Shown: positions 39,040 through 51,685 of the stretch, piece after piece | Position numbering within the stretch: position 1 is the first letter of the stretch | Layout: each line of letters starts with the position of its first letter | From: Eledone cirrhosa | Taxonomy: Eukaryota | Direction: 5' to 3' | Length of the DNA: 64,000 nt | Assembly: GCA_964016885.1 (NCBI GenBank) | Contig: CAXHJY010000031.1 | Coordinates: forward strand, 197,001 to 261,000 | Position numbers and translations under genes: made by a program | The notes under the pieces: model-generated | Told to the model about the DNA's origin: nothing | The model's input: the letters and a program-made list of their open reading frames with translations, nothing else | Databases searched by the model: none

Positions 39040-40905
39040 TTACTCTACATAAGCCCGCAAACAGGCCTTCAACAGTAAATATGTAATTGGCCTTTGTTTA
39101 AAAAGAAATTTTTTTTCTTAATATAATTGTTTATCTGCTGGATTGGTCATTGACCATTTTAGTAGGAGAGGGGATTTTGTTAGTGGTGTGTTACCTTCGC
39201 TGACTTAACTCTGAGAAAGAAAAGCAATTATATTTTTCTTTAACTGTATTTAGCCACTGAACAATGGGTGTAGCTCCTTGGAGCACTCGGGTGTAATGAC
39301 TTTGGCTTTAGTGTTCGTGTAGAGCAGTGATACTTTTGTATTCCACAAAAATCTTGATCAGGCAGTGACGATAGTCAGAATTATAGGCAATTTGCTTTAG
39401 CTCCTTCAAATATCTTCATCAGGATGTGACCGTTGGTTGATCTTTATCTGTGAAGCTGTTGTGGTTGTTTGAGCTTTTTGTCCATGTAGGGCTGGATTCT
39501 CTTAAGAATCACACCCTGTTGAGGGTCTTTGCCACAAGTGAGGTCCCCCTGTAGTTGGTGTTAGAGAGATCTGCCTTCTTTGGCAGTGGCACGAAGTTAC
39601 TGATCGTCCACTGGTTCAGGGCAACTCGTTTCTCCAGAACTGAAAATCACAACTCTACATGACCTGTAGCCACTCGATTTTCTCCATGGGCCTTGCCCTC
39701 CTTTATCTTTTTTTGCTCTCTGAAGCTCCTCTGGCAAAGGGTCCTGTCTCAATATGCAGTTTTTGTAACGGCCACCTGATCTGCCCAGTGTTCTTGGCTG
39801 TGGAGGGCATTTCATAGTTGTCTACTAAAATGGTCTAGACTATAATCTGACATCCGGTTTTAAATTCTTGTTATTGCCTGCAGGACTATGATAAAAAGGA
39901 GAGGGCTATGAACAGCCCTGGTGTACACCGACCTGCATGCTAAATTCCTCGCTCTAGTCATTGATAACTGCTGATTGTTTCTTTATACATGGCTTGTACA
40001 GCCCTCATAAGCTATTCATCTACTTCAAATTTTCTAAGAGCCCACCAGATTATAGCATGGTGGACTCTGTCGAAGGCTTTTTCCATTTCGACAAATGCCA
40101 GGTAGAGCGGCTTACTTTTAGCTAGGTACTTTTCCTGTAACTGCCTCACAAAGGTGAGGACATGGATGGTGCCTTTTCCTGGTACAAAGCCCAATTGCAT
40201 ATCATGTAGTTTCACCCTGTTCCTAATCAACTCTTTGTTACTTTCATGACCTGGTCCATCAGCTTTATACCTCTAGTTTCCTCTATCTAGTGCATCACTT
40301 TTACCTTTGTATCAGTTGACCATGATGCTGCTGCACGAATCGTTTGGTACGACGCCCTTTAGTATTACCTAGTTAACAATACGTGTGGTTATGGTCTGAT
40401 CTACCGACCCAGATGCCTTGAGCATCTCGGCAGCTATACCCGATAGACTGGTTGCCTTCCCCGTCTTCATATCTTTGATTGCCATACTACATTGCTGCTG
40501 ACTTGTTCTGCTAGCCCCTCTATAGGGTTCACTTTGGGTATGGTATCTTTTTCCCATACATTCTCCTCATTTAGTAATATTTCATACTGGCTCTTCCACG
40601 CATCTTCTCAGCACTTGTGAGTGCAAGCTGACTTTTATCATTCTGGATACACTTTTGTCCAATGACATCACAATTCTCTCTGAAACACTGCCTCGTAATC
40701 TGGAACAACTGTTTCTGTTCCTCGTGTTGCAAAACATGCTTGAAATTCCTATCCTCTACCTCCCTTCTAGCTAAGTATACTTGTCGCCTAGCTTCGCTCC
40801 TGGTCTCTATGTAATGTGCCCTGTTTTTCCATTCTTTCCATGCCTGTCTCTTAGCCTTAATTGCCTCATCTACCATATTGTTCTACCACCAAGTGACTCT
40901 CCTAA
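39040..40905 (-). mobile_element. RTE LINE fragments (two families), duplication unit A
   Basis: MQLGFVPGKGT...LYLAFVEMEKAFDRV; MKTGKAT..SGIAAEMLKA; VPLPKK and ILKRIQP-type RT sequence. Confidence 0.85.
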
Positions 40906-41534
40906 TCCATGTATATATCTTTTTATCATTATCCTTTTCTCAAATATACACACATGCAAATATTATGCATGGATATGTTAACTGGTAGCTGGAGAGTGAG
41001 AATAATATAGATGATAAAAATCTATCTTCAGCAACAAGTGCTATATTGTCTCCCATGTTGAAAGATATTATTTTACAATATAAGAACTTGAAACTAAGAC
41101 TAACTGATGTATAGAATAGAAAGACCTAGATGTGAAAAGAAGTGGAAATTGTGCAGATTGAAGATTGAAGATTTGACCGATGTGAAGAAACTGGAAAGAT
41201 GTGTCGAAAAGCGTGAAGAATGCAGACCGTAGGAAAGACATCCCCGAGAGTGAACATTTGAAGCTAGAGCAAGGTTTTAAGAGTTAGAAAGAGTAGTTGT
41301 TGATTGTTCCTTTGAAAAGCAATGAAGTGGAAGCATAACAGACAAGAATGCAGACCCAGCAGTCGGAGTTAAGCAGCGAAGCAGATGCCAATATAATATT
41401 AAATATTAGAGAATCAGTTTGTTCTTATTTCATGTTTTATTGCGAAATGGTATTGTTGAAAGCTAAAGACAATATAGCGTTTGTTGAAGATGATGTATAT
41501 TACTTTCTATGCAGAAATAAGGAAACATTTGCAG

Positions 41535-42370
41535 TCATCATCATCATACGTTCGCTCTCAAGTGTGGGACATGTACTATTGAGCACCGCCTCTTTCGGCT
41601 TATACCGGTCGTTGTTCACCTCGTTGGTGATTGTTAGCGATTTGAGGTCTGCTCTCACCACCCTGTCTATGTTTTTCCTAGTCTGTCTTCTACTCGAATT
41701 ACTTGGCACTTGTTTACCCAGCAAACCATCTTATACTTTTCTCCTGCACACAACTCATACCCATTTTCTCTCTCAACTCATCTCTGCTCGGTCGTCGGAG
41801 CATGCTTCCTTCATTTCTTTGCCAGCCTTGGCATATTCTCTGCAATTGCTGGCCATGTCTCACTTCTTCCAACCCATCCTTATTGTAGATATTATGGCCT
41901 CGTAGTAGCCTCCTCTCTTTCTAATCTGCTCATCTGTATAGAACCCACCTTCATTTGAAAACTGTTTCTATCACTGTCACTTCTACTGTGTAATTTCTCT
42001 GTACATGTAGTTTTCACTACCTGTTTGCTTGCTATCCCACTACATATGTTGAGTACCCCACATGTGCATAGTGTATATTTTATAGAATTTATCCCAACTA
42101 TTTTTCAACATAGGGAGCATGTCCTCTTTTCTATGTTTTTATTCTGTCCTCTTGCTTCCAACTACTGTTTCCATAGACAGCATTTCTTCTTTAGCTTCTT
42201 TACTGATTCTGCTATAAGAACCAGATCGTCATGGACAGCTAGTTTTAAACGCATCTGTTACTGACAGCACCTCTGTACAAAGCCTGCACTGCCCTCACAA
42301 GACATTCCCCAACACCTAGTTTGGTTAGGCACCACCAGATGACAGATCATGGTACCCTACCAAAGGAGTT
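41535..42370 (-). mobile_element. RTE LINE 3' fragments, unit A
   Basis: VVRADLKSL resembles the RTE C-terminus in the tandem array; (ATG)n tail at ~41535. Confidence 0.7.
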
Positions 42371-43359
42371 GTCTGTCAACAAAATTAATTGCTAAGATGG
42401 TTATATTTTATATATTTCCTAAGACTCGTTTGATTAAAAAGCTTAATTTTTATTTCTTTTTACTATTAGTTGTAGCTCTTATAAGTTTAGCTAGATTGCC
42501 AGCGTTGAAATAGTTGCGCTTTAGTTGTGATGTAGGTGTTGCAAGTTCCGGCTGTAAGTCGTGGGGGTGTAGTATATTGTCATGTATGTGTACATATGTC
42601 TGTGTATGTATACACGTACACATGTGTGTAGTGTTTTTGTGTTTATACGTCTACAAATGTATATGCAATATTTCAATTAGCAAAGGGAGATTACTGTTTG
42701 AATTTTTTAATAAAAATAAGAGTTGTTTCCCCTGTTAGCAGGAAATTTAGTTGTTTGATAAAACTGAATTGTCAAGGCTGGTTGTCTCGGTCAGTGCTAA
42801 GTGTCTGCTGAAGACTAGACATCTAAATTACGATATATAAGTACACACATCCATGCATGGATATGTTGCCAAGGAGCTGTCGAGTGATTATAATGTAGAT
42901 AAGCAAAATCTATGAACACTCGCTATATTATCTCGCACTTTTATGGATATGTTTTTGCAATATAAGAATAGGAAACGAAGAAAAACTAATTGACTGAATA
43001 CTGTGTGATGCAGGCAAAAGATGTTGAAATTGTGCCGAATTAAGATTGAAAATTTGACAGCTGTGGAAAATTTGCATGATGTAGTGAAGAATGCAGTGGG
43101 TAGAAAAGACATCCCCGAGAATAAACAAGAGTAATTGGTGATTGTTGCAGTGAAAATCAATGAAGTACAAGCATAACAGACGAGACAGAAGAATGCAGGC
43201 CCAGCAGTTGGAGTTCGCTGCCAAGCAGATGCCAATATAATATAAAATATTATTGAATCAGCTAGTTTATTGATTCCCTGTTTTATTGCAAAAGCGAATC
43301 CTTTAAAGTGCGAGACTATAGTGTTTGTCGTTGATGTATTTTTATCTATATTACTCTGC

Positions 43360-46020
43360 GTAAATACTGAATTTATGAGATGCCCGACCCTACATAAGCC
43401 CACAAACAGGCCATCAACAGTAAAAATTGACCTTTGTTAAAAAGAAATTTTTTTCTTAATATAATTGTTTATCTGCTGGATTGGTCATTGACCATTTTAG
43501 TAGGAGAGGGGATTTTGTTAGTGGTGCGTTACCTTCGCTGACTTAACTCTCTGAGAAAGAAGAGCAATTTTGATATTTTTCTTTGACTGTATTTAGCCAC
43601 TGAAGAATGGGTGTAGCTCCTTGGAGCTCTCCCAACCAATAGTTCGAAGAACCATCGGGTGTAATGACTTTGGCTTTAGTGTTCGTGTAGAGCAGTGATA
43701 CTTTTGTTGTATTCCACAAAAATCTTGATCAGGCAGTGACGATCGTCAGAATTATAGGCAATTTGCTCAAATATCTTCATCAAGATGTGACCGTTGGTTG
43801 ATCTTTATCTCTGAAGCTGTTGTGGTTGTTTGAGCTTTTTGTCCATGTAGGGCTGGATTCTCTTAAGAATCACACCCTGTTGAGGGTCTTTGCCACAAGT
43901 GAGGTTCCCCTGTAGTTGGTGTTAGAGAGATCTGCCTTCTTTGGCAGTGGCACGAAGTTACTGATCGTCCACTGGTTCAGGGCAACTCGTTTCTCCAGTC
44001 CCTTTTTACAGAACTGCAAGCTATGAAAATCACAACTCTACATGACCTGTAGCCACTCGATTTTCTCCATGGGCCTTGCCCTCCATTATCTTCTTTTTTT
44101 GCTCTCTGAAGCTCCTCTCTGGCAAAGGGTCCTGTCTCAATATGCAGTTTTTGTAACAGCCACCTGATTTGCCCAGTGTTCTTGGCTGTGGAGGGCATCT
44201 CATAGTTGTGTTCTAAAATGGTCCAGCCATTTCCTTTTTCCTATCCTCTGGATCTGTTTCCTTGATCTGACTCTTCCTCCATGTGATCTCGTTGATCATC
44301 CAACTGTCAACCGTTCTCTTAACACTTTAGTGCCTCCTCTCTGGCGTCAGTGTAAGCGGTACAGAGTGCTTCCCTCATCACCTCCACTGTGTCCATCCTC
44401 TCCATAGGATCAGCACAGAATTGGTCCTTGGCAGGCTGCACACACCTTTGGGTCTGCAGAACTGACATGCTTCCTCTTCTTTCTCCTCAGCATCAGTGTC
44501 TCACTTGCTACTGCATTGTTCAAGTACCTGTACCTCTTTGTCAAACTCTCTACATAGAGCACTGAACCTGTTGCTCACTTCTCCTGTGAACCTCTTCTGT
44601 AGCTTATGTTCATTGAAAGTTCCCCAGTCATAGATTATACTGTTGGTGTAGCCTTGCTCTTTCTTAAGCTCACTCGGACCTCACTCATAACAAGCATGTG
44701 TCCACTGTCCCAGTGTACTGAAATAGTTGTATGGTTCTGTGTTGAGAACACTATTGCGCTGCTTTTTCCTCACCAGAAAGAAATCAATCTAGGTCTTGGT
44801 CCACATCTTTTCTTGATTCTCCCTTAACGTTAGGTTGGTTGCCATCAAGTTTGCATCCAGCATGGCGTCTGTCGGTAGTCTTCCATTTCTGTTGGTGTTA
44901 GGGAATTACCAGCGCGGATCTTCTCTGCTCTCCTTACTCAGATGTGCATAGAAGTCCCTCAGAAGAATGATGTTTTGAGCTTGTGTGGTGTTGACAGCTC
45001 TACACATCTCCTCATGAAATTCCTCCGCATTCACATCACTGTCTCCCTTGGTAGGACTATAATCTGATATCCGGTTTTAAATTCCTGTTATTGCCTGCAG
45101 GACTATGATAAAAAGGAGAGGGCTAAGAACAGCCCTGGTGTACACCGACCTGCATGCTAAATTCCTCGCTCTAGTCATTGATAACCCTAACTTTGCTGAC
45201 TGTTTCTATATACATGGCTTGGTACAGCCCTCATAAGCTATTCATCTACTTCAAATTTTCTAAGAGCTCACCAGATTATAGCATGGTGGACTCTGTCGAA
45301 GGCTTTTTCCATTTCGACAAATGCCAGGTAGAGAGGCTTACTTTTAGCTAGGTACTAATCAACTGTGCTATAACTCTTTACGTTACTTTCATGATCTGGT
45401 GGTCCATCAGCTTTATACCTCTCTAGTTTCCTCTATCTAGTGCATCACCTTTACCTTTGTATCAGTTGACCATGATGCTGCTGCACGAATCGTTAAGTAT
45501 TATCTAGTTAACATTACTTGTGTTTATGGTCTGATCTACCGACCCAGATGCCTTGAGCATCTCGGCAGCTATACCCGATGGACCGGTTGCCTTCCCCGTC
45601 TTCATATCTATGATTGCCATACTACATTGCTGCTGACTTGTTCTGCTAGCCCCTCTATAGGGTTCACTTTGGGTATGGTATCTTTTTCCCATACATTCTC
45701 CTCATTTAGTAATCTTTCATACTGGCTCTTCCACGCATCTTCTCAGCACTTGTGAGTGCAAGCTGACCTTTATCATTCTGGATACACTTTTGTCCAGTGA
45801 CATCACAATTCTCTCTGGAACACCTGTTTCTTTTCCTCGTGTTGCAAAACATGCTTGAAATTCCTATCCTCTACCTTCCTTCTAGCTAAGTATACTTGTC
45901 GCCTAGCTTTGCTCCTGGTCTCTCTGTAATGTGCCCTGTTTTTCCATTCTTTCCATGCCTGTCTCTTAGCCTTAACTGCCTCATCTACCATATTGTTCTA
46001 CCACCAAGTCACTCTCCTCA
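43360..46020 (-). mobile_element. RTE LINE fragments, duplication unit B (retains ~830 bp at 44225-45054 that is missing from unit A)
   Basis: Homologous to 39040-40905; unit A joins AAAATGGTC directly to GACTATAATCTG. Confidence 0.85.
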
Positions 46021-46654
46021 TCCATGTATATATGTTTTTATCATCTTTTTCTCAAATATCCACACATGACGACGCACATGCAAATATTATGCATGGATAT
46101 GTTAACTGGTAGCTGGAGAGAGAATAATATAGATGATAAAAGTCTATCTTCAGCAACAAGTGCTATATTGTCTCCCATTTTGAAAGATATTATTATTTTA
46201 CAATATAAGAACTTGAAACTAAGACTAACTAATAGAAAGACCTAGATGTGAAAAGAAGTGGAAATTGTGCAGATTGAAGATTGAAGATTTGACCGATGTG
46301 AAGAAACTGGAAAGATGTTTCGAAAAGAGTGAAGAATGCAGTCCGTAGGAAAGACATCCCCGAGAGTGAACATTTGAAGCTAGAGCAAGGTTTTAAGAGT
46401 TAGAAAGAGTAGTTGTTGATTGTTCCTGTGAAAAGCAACAAAGTGCAAGCATAACAGACGAGACAAGAATGCAGGCCCACCAGTCGTAGTTAAGCAGCAA
46501 AGCAGATGCCAATATATTATTAAATATTAGAGAATCAGTTTGTTCTTATTTCATGTTTTATTGCGAAATGGTATTGTTGAAAGCTAATGACAATATAGCG
46601 TTTGTTGAAGATGATGTATACTTTCTATGCAGAAATAATGAAACATTTGCACAG

Positions 46655-47490
46655 TCATCTTCATGATCATACGTTCGCTTTCAAGTGTGGGACATGTACT
46701 ATTAAGCACCGCCTCTCCACTTATACCGGTCGTTGGTCACCTCGTTGGTGATCGTTAGCGATTTGAGGTCTGCTTTCACCACCCGTCTGTTTTTCTTAGT
46801 CTTCCTTCTACTGGAATTACTTGGCACATGTTTACCCAGCAAACCATCTTATTCTTCTCTCCTGCACATAACTCATACCCATTTTCTCTCTCAACTCATC
46901 TCTGCTCGGTCGTCGGAGCATGCTTCCTTCATTTCTTTGCCAGCCTTGGCATATTCTCTGCAATTGCTGGCCATGTCTCACTTCTTCCAACCCATCTTTA
47001 TTGTAGATACTCTGGCCTCGTAGTAGACTCCTCTCTTTCTAATCTGCTCATCTATGTAGCGGAAGGTACGAACCACTTGTATAGAACCCACCTTCATTTG
47101 AAAACTGTTTCTATCACTGTCACTTTTACTGTGAAATTTCTCTGTACAGGTAGTTTTCACTACCTGTTTGCTTGCTATCCCACTACATATGTTGAGTACC
47201 CCAGATGTGCATTGCGTATATTTTATATAATTTATCCCAACGCCTTTTCAACATAGTGAGCATGTTCTCTTTTCTATATTTTTATTGTCCTCTTGCTTCC
47301 AACTAGTTTCCATAGACTGGATTTCTTCTCTAGCTTGTTTACTGATTCTGCTATAAGAACCAGATCGTCATGGACAGCCAGTTTTAAACGCATCTGTTAC
47401 TGACAGCACCTCTGTACAAAGCCTATACGGCCCTCACCACCTAGTTTGGTTAGGCACCACCAGATGACAGATCATGGTAACCTACCAAAG
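46655..47490 (-). mobile_element. RTE LINE 3' fragments, unit B
   Basis: Homologous to 41535-42370; IQVVRTFRY segment. Confidence 0.7.
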
Positions 47491-48777
47491 GAGTTGTATG
47501 TCAAAAAAATTAATTGCTAAGATGGATTACATTGCCACCGGTTATATTTTATATATTTCCTAAGACTCGTTTGATTAAAAAGCTTAATTTTTTTATTTCT
47601 TTTTACTCTGACATTATTAGTTGTAGCTGTGATAAGTTTAGCTAGATTGCTAGCGTTGAAATAGTTGCGCTTTAGTTGTGATGTAGGTGTTGCAAGTTCC
47701 GGCTGTAAGTCGTGGGGGTGTAGTATATTGTCATGTATGTGTACATATGTCTGTGTATGTATACACGTACACATGTGTGTAGTGTTTTTGTGTTTATACG
47801 TCTACAAATGTATATGCAATATTTCAATTAGCAAAGGGAGATTACTGTTTGAATTTTTTAATAAAAATAAGAGTTGTTTCCCCTGTTAGCAGGAAATTTA
47901 GTTGTTTGATAAAACTGAATTGTCAAGGCTGGTTGTCTCGGTCTGTGCTAAGTGTCTGCTGAAGACTAGACATCTAAATTACGATATACAAGTACACGCA
48001 TCCATGAATGGATATGTTGTCAAGTAGCTTGCGAGTGAGAATAATGTAGATAAGCAAAATATATGAACACTCGCTATATTATCTCGCACTTTTATGGATA
48101 TGTTTTTGCAATATAAGAATAGGAAACGAAGAAAAACTAATTCACAGAATACAGTGTGATGCAGGCAAAAGATGTTGAAATTGTGCCGAATTAAGATTGA
48201 AAATTTGACCGATGTGGAGCAGCTGTGGAAAATTTGCATGATGTAGTGAATAATGCAGTGGGTAGAAAAGACATCCCCGAAAATAAACAGAAAGAGTAGT
48301 TCCAGTGAAAATCAATGAAGTGCAAGCATAACAGATGAGAGAAGCATGCAGGCCCAGCAGTTGGAGTTCGCTGCTAAGCAGATCGATGCCAATAGAATCT
48401 AAAATATTATGGAATCAGATAGTTTATCGATTCCCTGTTTTATTGCAAAAGCGAATCCTTCAAAGTGCGAGACAATATAGTGTTTGTTGTTGGTGATAAT
48501 ATACTTTGTGTAATAGTCTCTGTTCATAAATAATGAAAAATGTGCACATAGTCGACCCTGACTATACGTTCATATTAGTTGTGAAGCTTTGCTTGTTTAA
48601 AACAGAAAGACGACCATCTTTGATTAAAAATATCATTGTATAAGTTGTGCTTCTAAACACTACATGTAAACATGTAGAACACAGACATTCACAAAGACCT
48701 TCAACACTAAATTTTAAAAAACAAATGGTTATTTAATTTCTATAATTAATTAAGATGGATTACATGGCCACCGATTA

Positions 48778-49392
48778 TCTATATATAAAACTGAAGATGT
48801 CCGAGTTCGAATCGCTAAAGCTCGAGAACCACCCAACGGACTGTTTTCAAACTTTACACATGTAATACTTATGTTTGAGAGATTGTTCTGATCACCCCCA
48901 AAAGATTTCAACTTTTCTAAGCCCACAGGGACGACATTAGGCGGTTTAGCGATATCACTCTATAATTCTTAGTCTCTTTTTCGATAGACGTACTTATAAC
49001 GTCGCGCCCTTATTATATCTGTCTGACTGTCTGCATTACGTCACTTCCTTGAGGGTGTGTTTGAATCCCTTAAACTCGAAGTACCCAACCGATATTTTTT
49101 CAAACTATAAATGCGTATTACTTAGGTTTAAGGTAGTGTTATGCACATTAAAAATTTAAACATTTTTTTTATCTGCTGGGGCCCGCATTAGATGAAAAAG
49201 TTTTTTTTTTATCTTAGGACTTTTTGTAGCCGTTACGTCTAGCCGATTTTCGCTAAATTTCAAGGCATATTATGGTCATAAAAAGAAAATCATCTTGATC
49301 CCCTAGGGCCCGCATTAGGTGAAAACCTGCCTTTTTCCCATCAGAGTATTCCAAAATACTTTATATGGTGCAACGCTGGGTACCACTGCTAG
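48778..49392 (+). mobile_element. Complete 615-bp non-autonomous Helitron
   Basis: A|TC...GTGCAACGCTGGGTACCACTG-CTAG|T with no TSD. Empty paralogous site at 47544/47545. Confidence 0.92.
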
Positions 49393-50059
49393 TATATTAT
49401 AGATTTCATGAAACTCGTTTATTTAAAAACGTTTTTTTTTAAATCTTTTTTACCATAATGACATTTTGACTGTAGATGTGATAAGTTGAGCTAGATTGCC
49501 AGCGTCGAAATAGTTGCGCTTTAGTTAGGATGTAGGTGTTGTAAGGGCCGGATGTGAGCCTTGGGTGTAGTGTATTTTCACACATACGTAGATATATACA
49601 TACATGTATATATATCTAAACACGTGTATGAAAGTATGTACACGACTTTATGTATGTAACCCTGTAACATTGAGCTTTCCGATAACCCTTTGTAAATATG
49701 CAATGTCGGTTTGATAAGCACGACAAAGAATTGAAGATACTAGGCAGATTAACATGTTAGTTGAACGACCGTTGACTTGAATTGCGCGTGAAAATACGTG
49801 GGTGAAGTTGGGGCTGATGATTTTAAGTTTGTTTTTGTCTTGTTGAATAATCATGGCGTGCTACTTTGTAGTACTTGTATTGCAGGCCGTTGTTCCGGTG
49901 GTTAAGGTAAGTGGCGATGTTATTACTGTTTGGGCATCTTAAGTTTTCGTCTAGTTGGTTTGGGGTGGCGGTCGAATTGGTTTCAGATTAACGGTCTGTG
50001 TGTGGTTTACAGTTGTGATCAGTTTGTGTAAGAAGCGAGAAGAATTCCGTGATATATAT

Positions 50060-51685
50060 TTATATTTTTAGAAAGGGAGAAACTATCTTAACTCGTTTCT
50101 ACAAATAAAATCGTTAATTGCGAGATAGATTTTATAAACGGGAGGGTTTTTGAGATAGGACAGTTAATAATTAAGTTATCTCTGTTATCAGTTTGACGCA
50201 TTTCTATTTCGAACTATAGACATATATATGTAAAATTATCCCAGACAATTAGACATTTAATTTCCGCAAAATATATAATTACACGGGAGAGAATGTACTA
50301 TATAATCAATTGATTTCTCTCCCTTTAGTGCACTTTATATTTCTAAAGGGAGAGAAGTTTATTTAACAATATCTGTTATCTCCCTTTGACAGACTTTAAT
50401 AATTATAATTTTTTAGAAAAATATATTTTATTCTGGAAAAAGGTATTAGTAATAGTTTAATTTAAAAAAATAGTTGTCTCCCCTTGCTACACTTTGACTA
50501 TAATGTAATACATTATGTTGTGACATTACTGCTGTTTTTATCAAGTAATTCTAACGCCCGGAATTTATAATTTAGTTATTAACTTAATATTAGCTCCCGA
50601 GAATCAACTTAAATAAGTTGTTTCCCCTTATTTGACTCAGCTTATTTTTATCTGGTCTTAACATAAGCTATCGCCATTTTTATAGTGCAGGAATTAGTTA
50701 CATTTAAATAAATTAAGTGTAGAAACCTAGAAATTGTAAGGTTAATAAAATTTGCAAACAAATTTTAATTAATAAATTTGTCCACTGTTTTCCATTTCAA
50801 ATAATGTTATCTGTCGAACTTAATTAATTGCGAGAGACCCTTTTCTGAACGCACAGCGACGGCATTAGGAAAAAACAGTCAATTTTGACGGACAAATGTA
50901 TCATAAATTAAGTTTAATTTATATAGTATGTATGTTGTAACATAATTTCCCGCCGGTTTTTCTGAGAAAACAGTATAAAAACGGCGTGGATTTACGTTAC
51001 ATTATATATAATTTACTTTTAACTAAGGTAGATAATATGGTTTATTTAATAACTAGGTTGTTTCCCTTGGCCGGACTTTAAGTAACATAAATTTTCGCCG
51101 TTTTTATAGTGCTTCATAGTATTAAAAAAATGCTGAAATTTATGTTACACCGAAATCAAGTGAAAGTATGGCCACACCGAAATCAAGTGAAAGTATGGCC
51201 AAGGGAAACAACCTATTTATTAAATAAACAATGTTATCTCCCTTAGTACAAACTAAAAACCAATTAAATTATATTTTATAAAAGTGAATTATATATAATG
51301 TAACGTAAATCCACGCCGTTTGAACAGTTCGTTTTCTGATATTAGTTACGAACTCTATTCCTCAGTCTAGGGGTTTAAGTTTTATGCGAATTTTTAATAG
51401 TAATATAGTATGTTGTAACATAATTCCCCGCCGGTTTTTATCAGTAAACAAACTAAAAACGGCGGTGATTTTCGTTACATTATATATAATTTTCTTAAAA
51501 AAGATTGTTAGTTGATTTTTTTTTATTGAATTAAGGGAGATAACATTGTTTATTAAACAAAAAGGTTGTTCCCCTTGGCAGGCTTTAAGTTACAACGGCA
51601 TATTTTCTCAGATATCTAGACTAGTTAATAATTAAGTTGTCCCCCTTTACTTATACCTATACTAATATATATATGTTTGTATATC
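50060..51685. repeat. AT-rich telomere-adjacent sequence with a repeated GTT(A/G)T(C/T)TCCCTT-like motif and direct/inverted ~170-bp repeats
   Basis: Repeats at ~50920-51090 (+), ~51197-51321 (-) and ~51403-51593 (+); 27-bp tandem duplication at ~51148-51201. Confidence 0.8.

Larger units (their letters stand above)
37990..49640. repeat. Diverged tandem segmental duplication (units ~4.6 and ~5.15 kb plus partial copies)
   Basis: Identical 74-aa ORF at 42514 and 47665; paired ORFs 40369/45504, 39597/43977 and 41710/46828; further partial homology at 48750-49600. Confidence 0.92.

Noticed and set aside
45182-45192. TAACCCTAAC as an interstitial telomeric insertion
   Set aside because: It is RTE coding sequence (SKVRVI on the minus strand).
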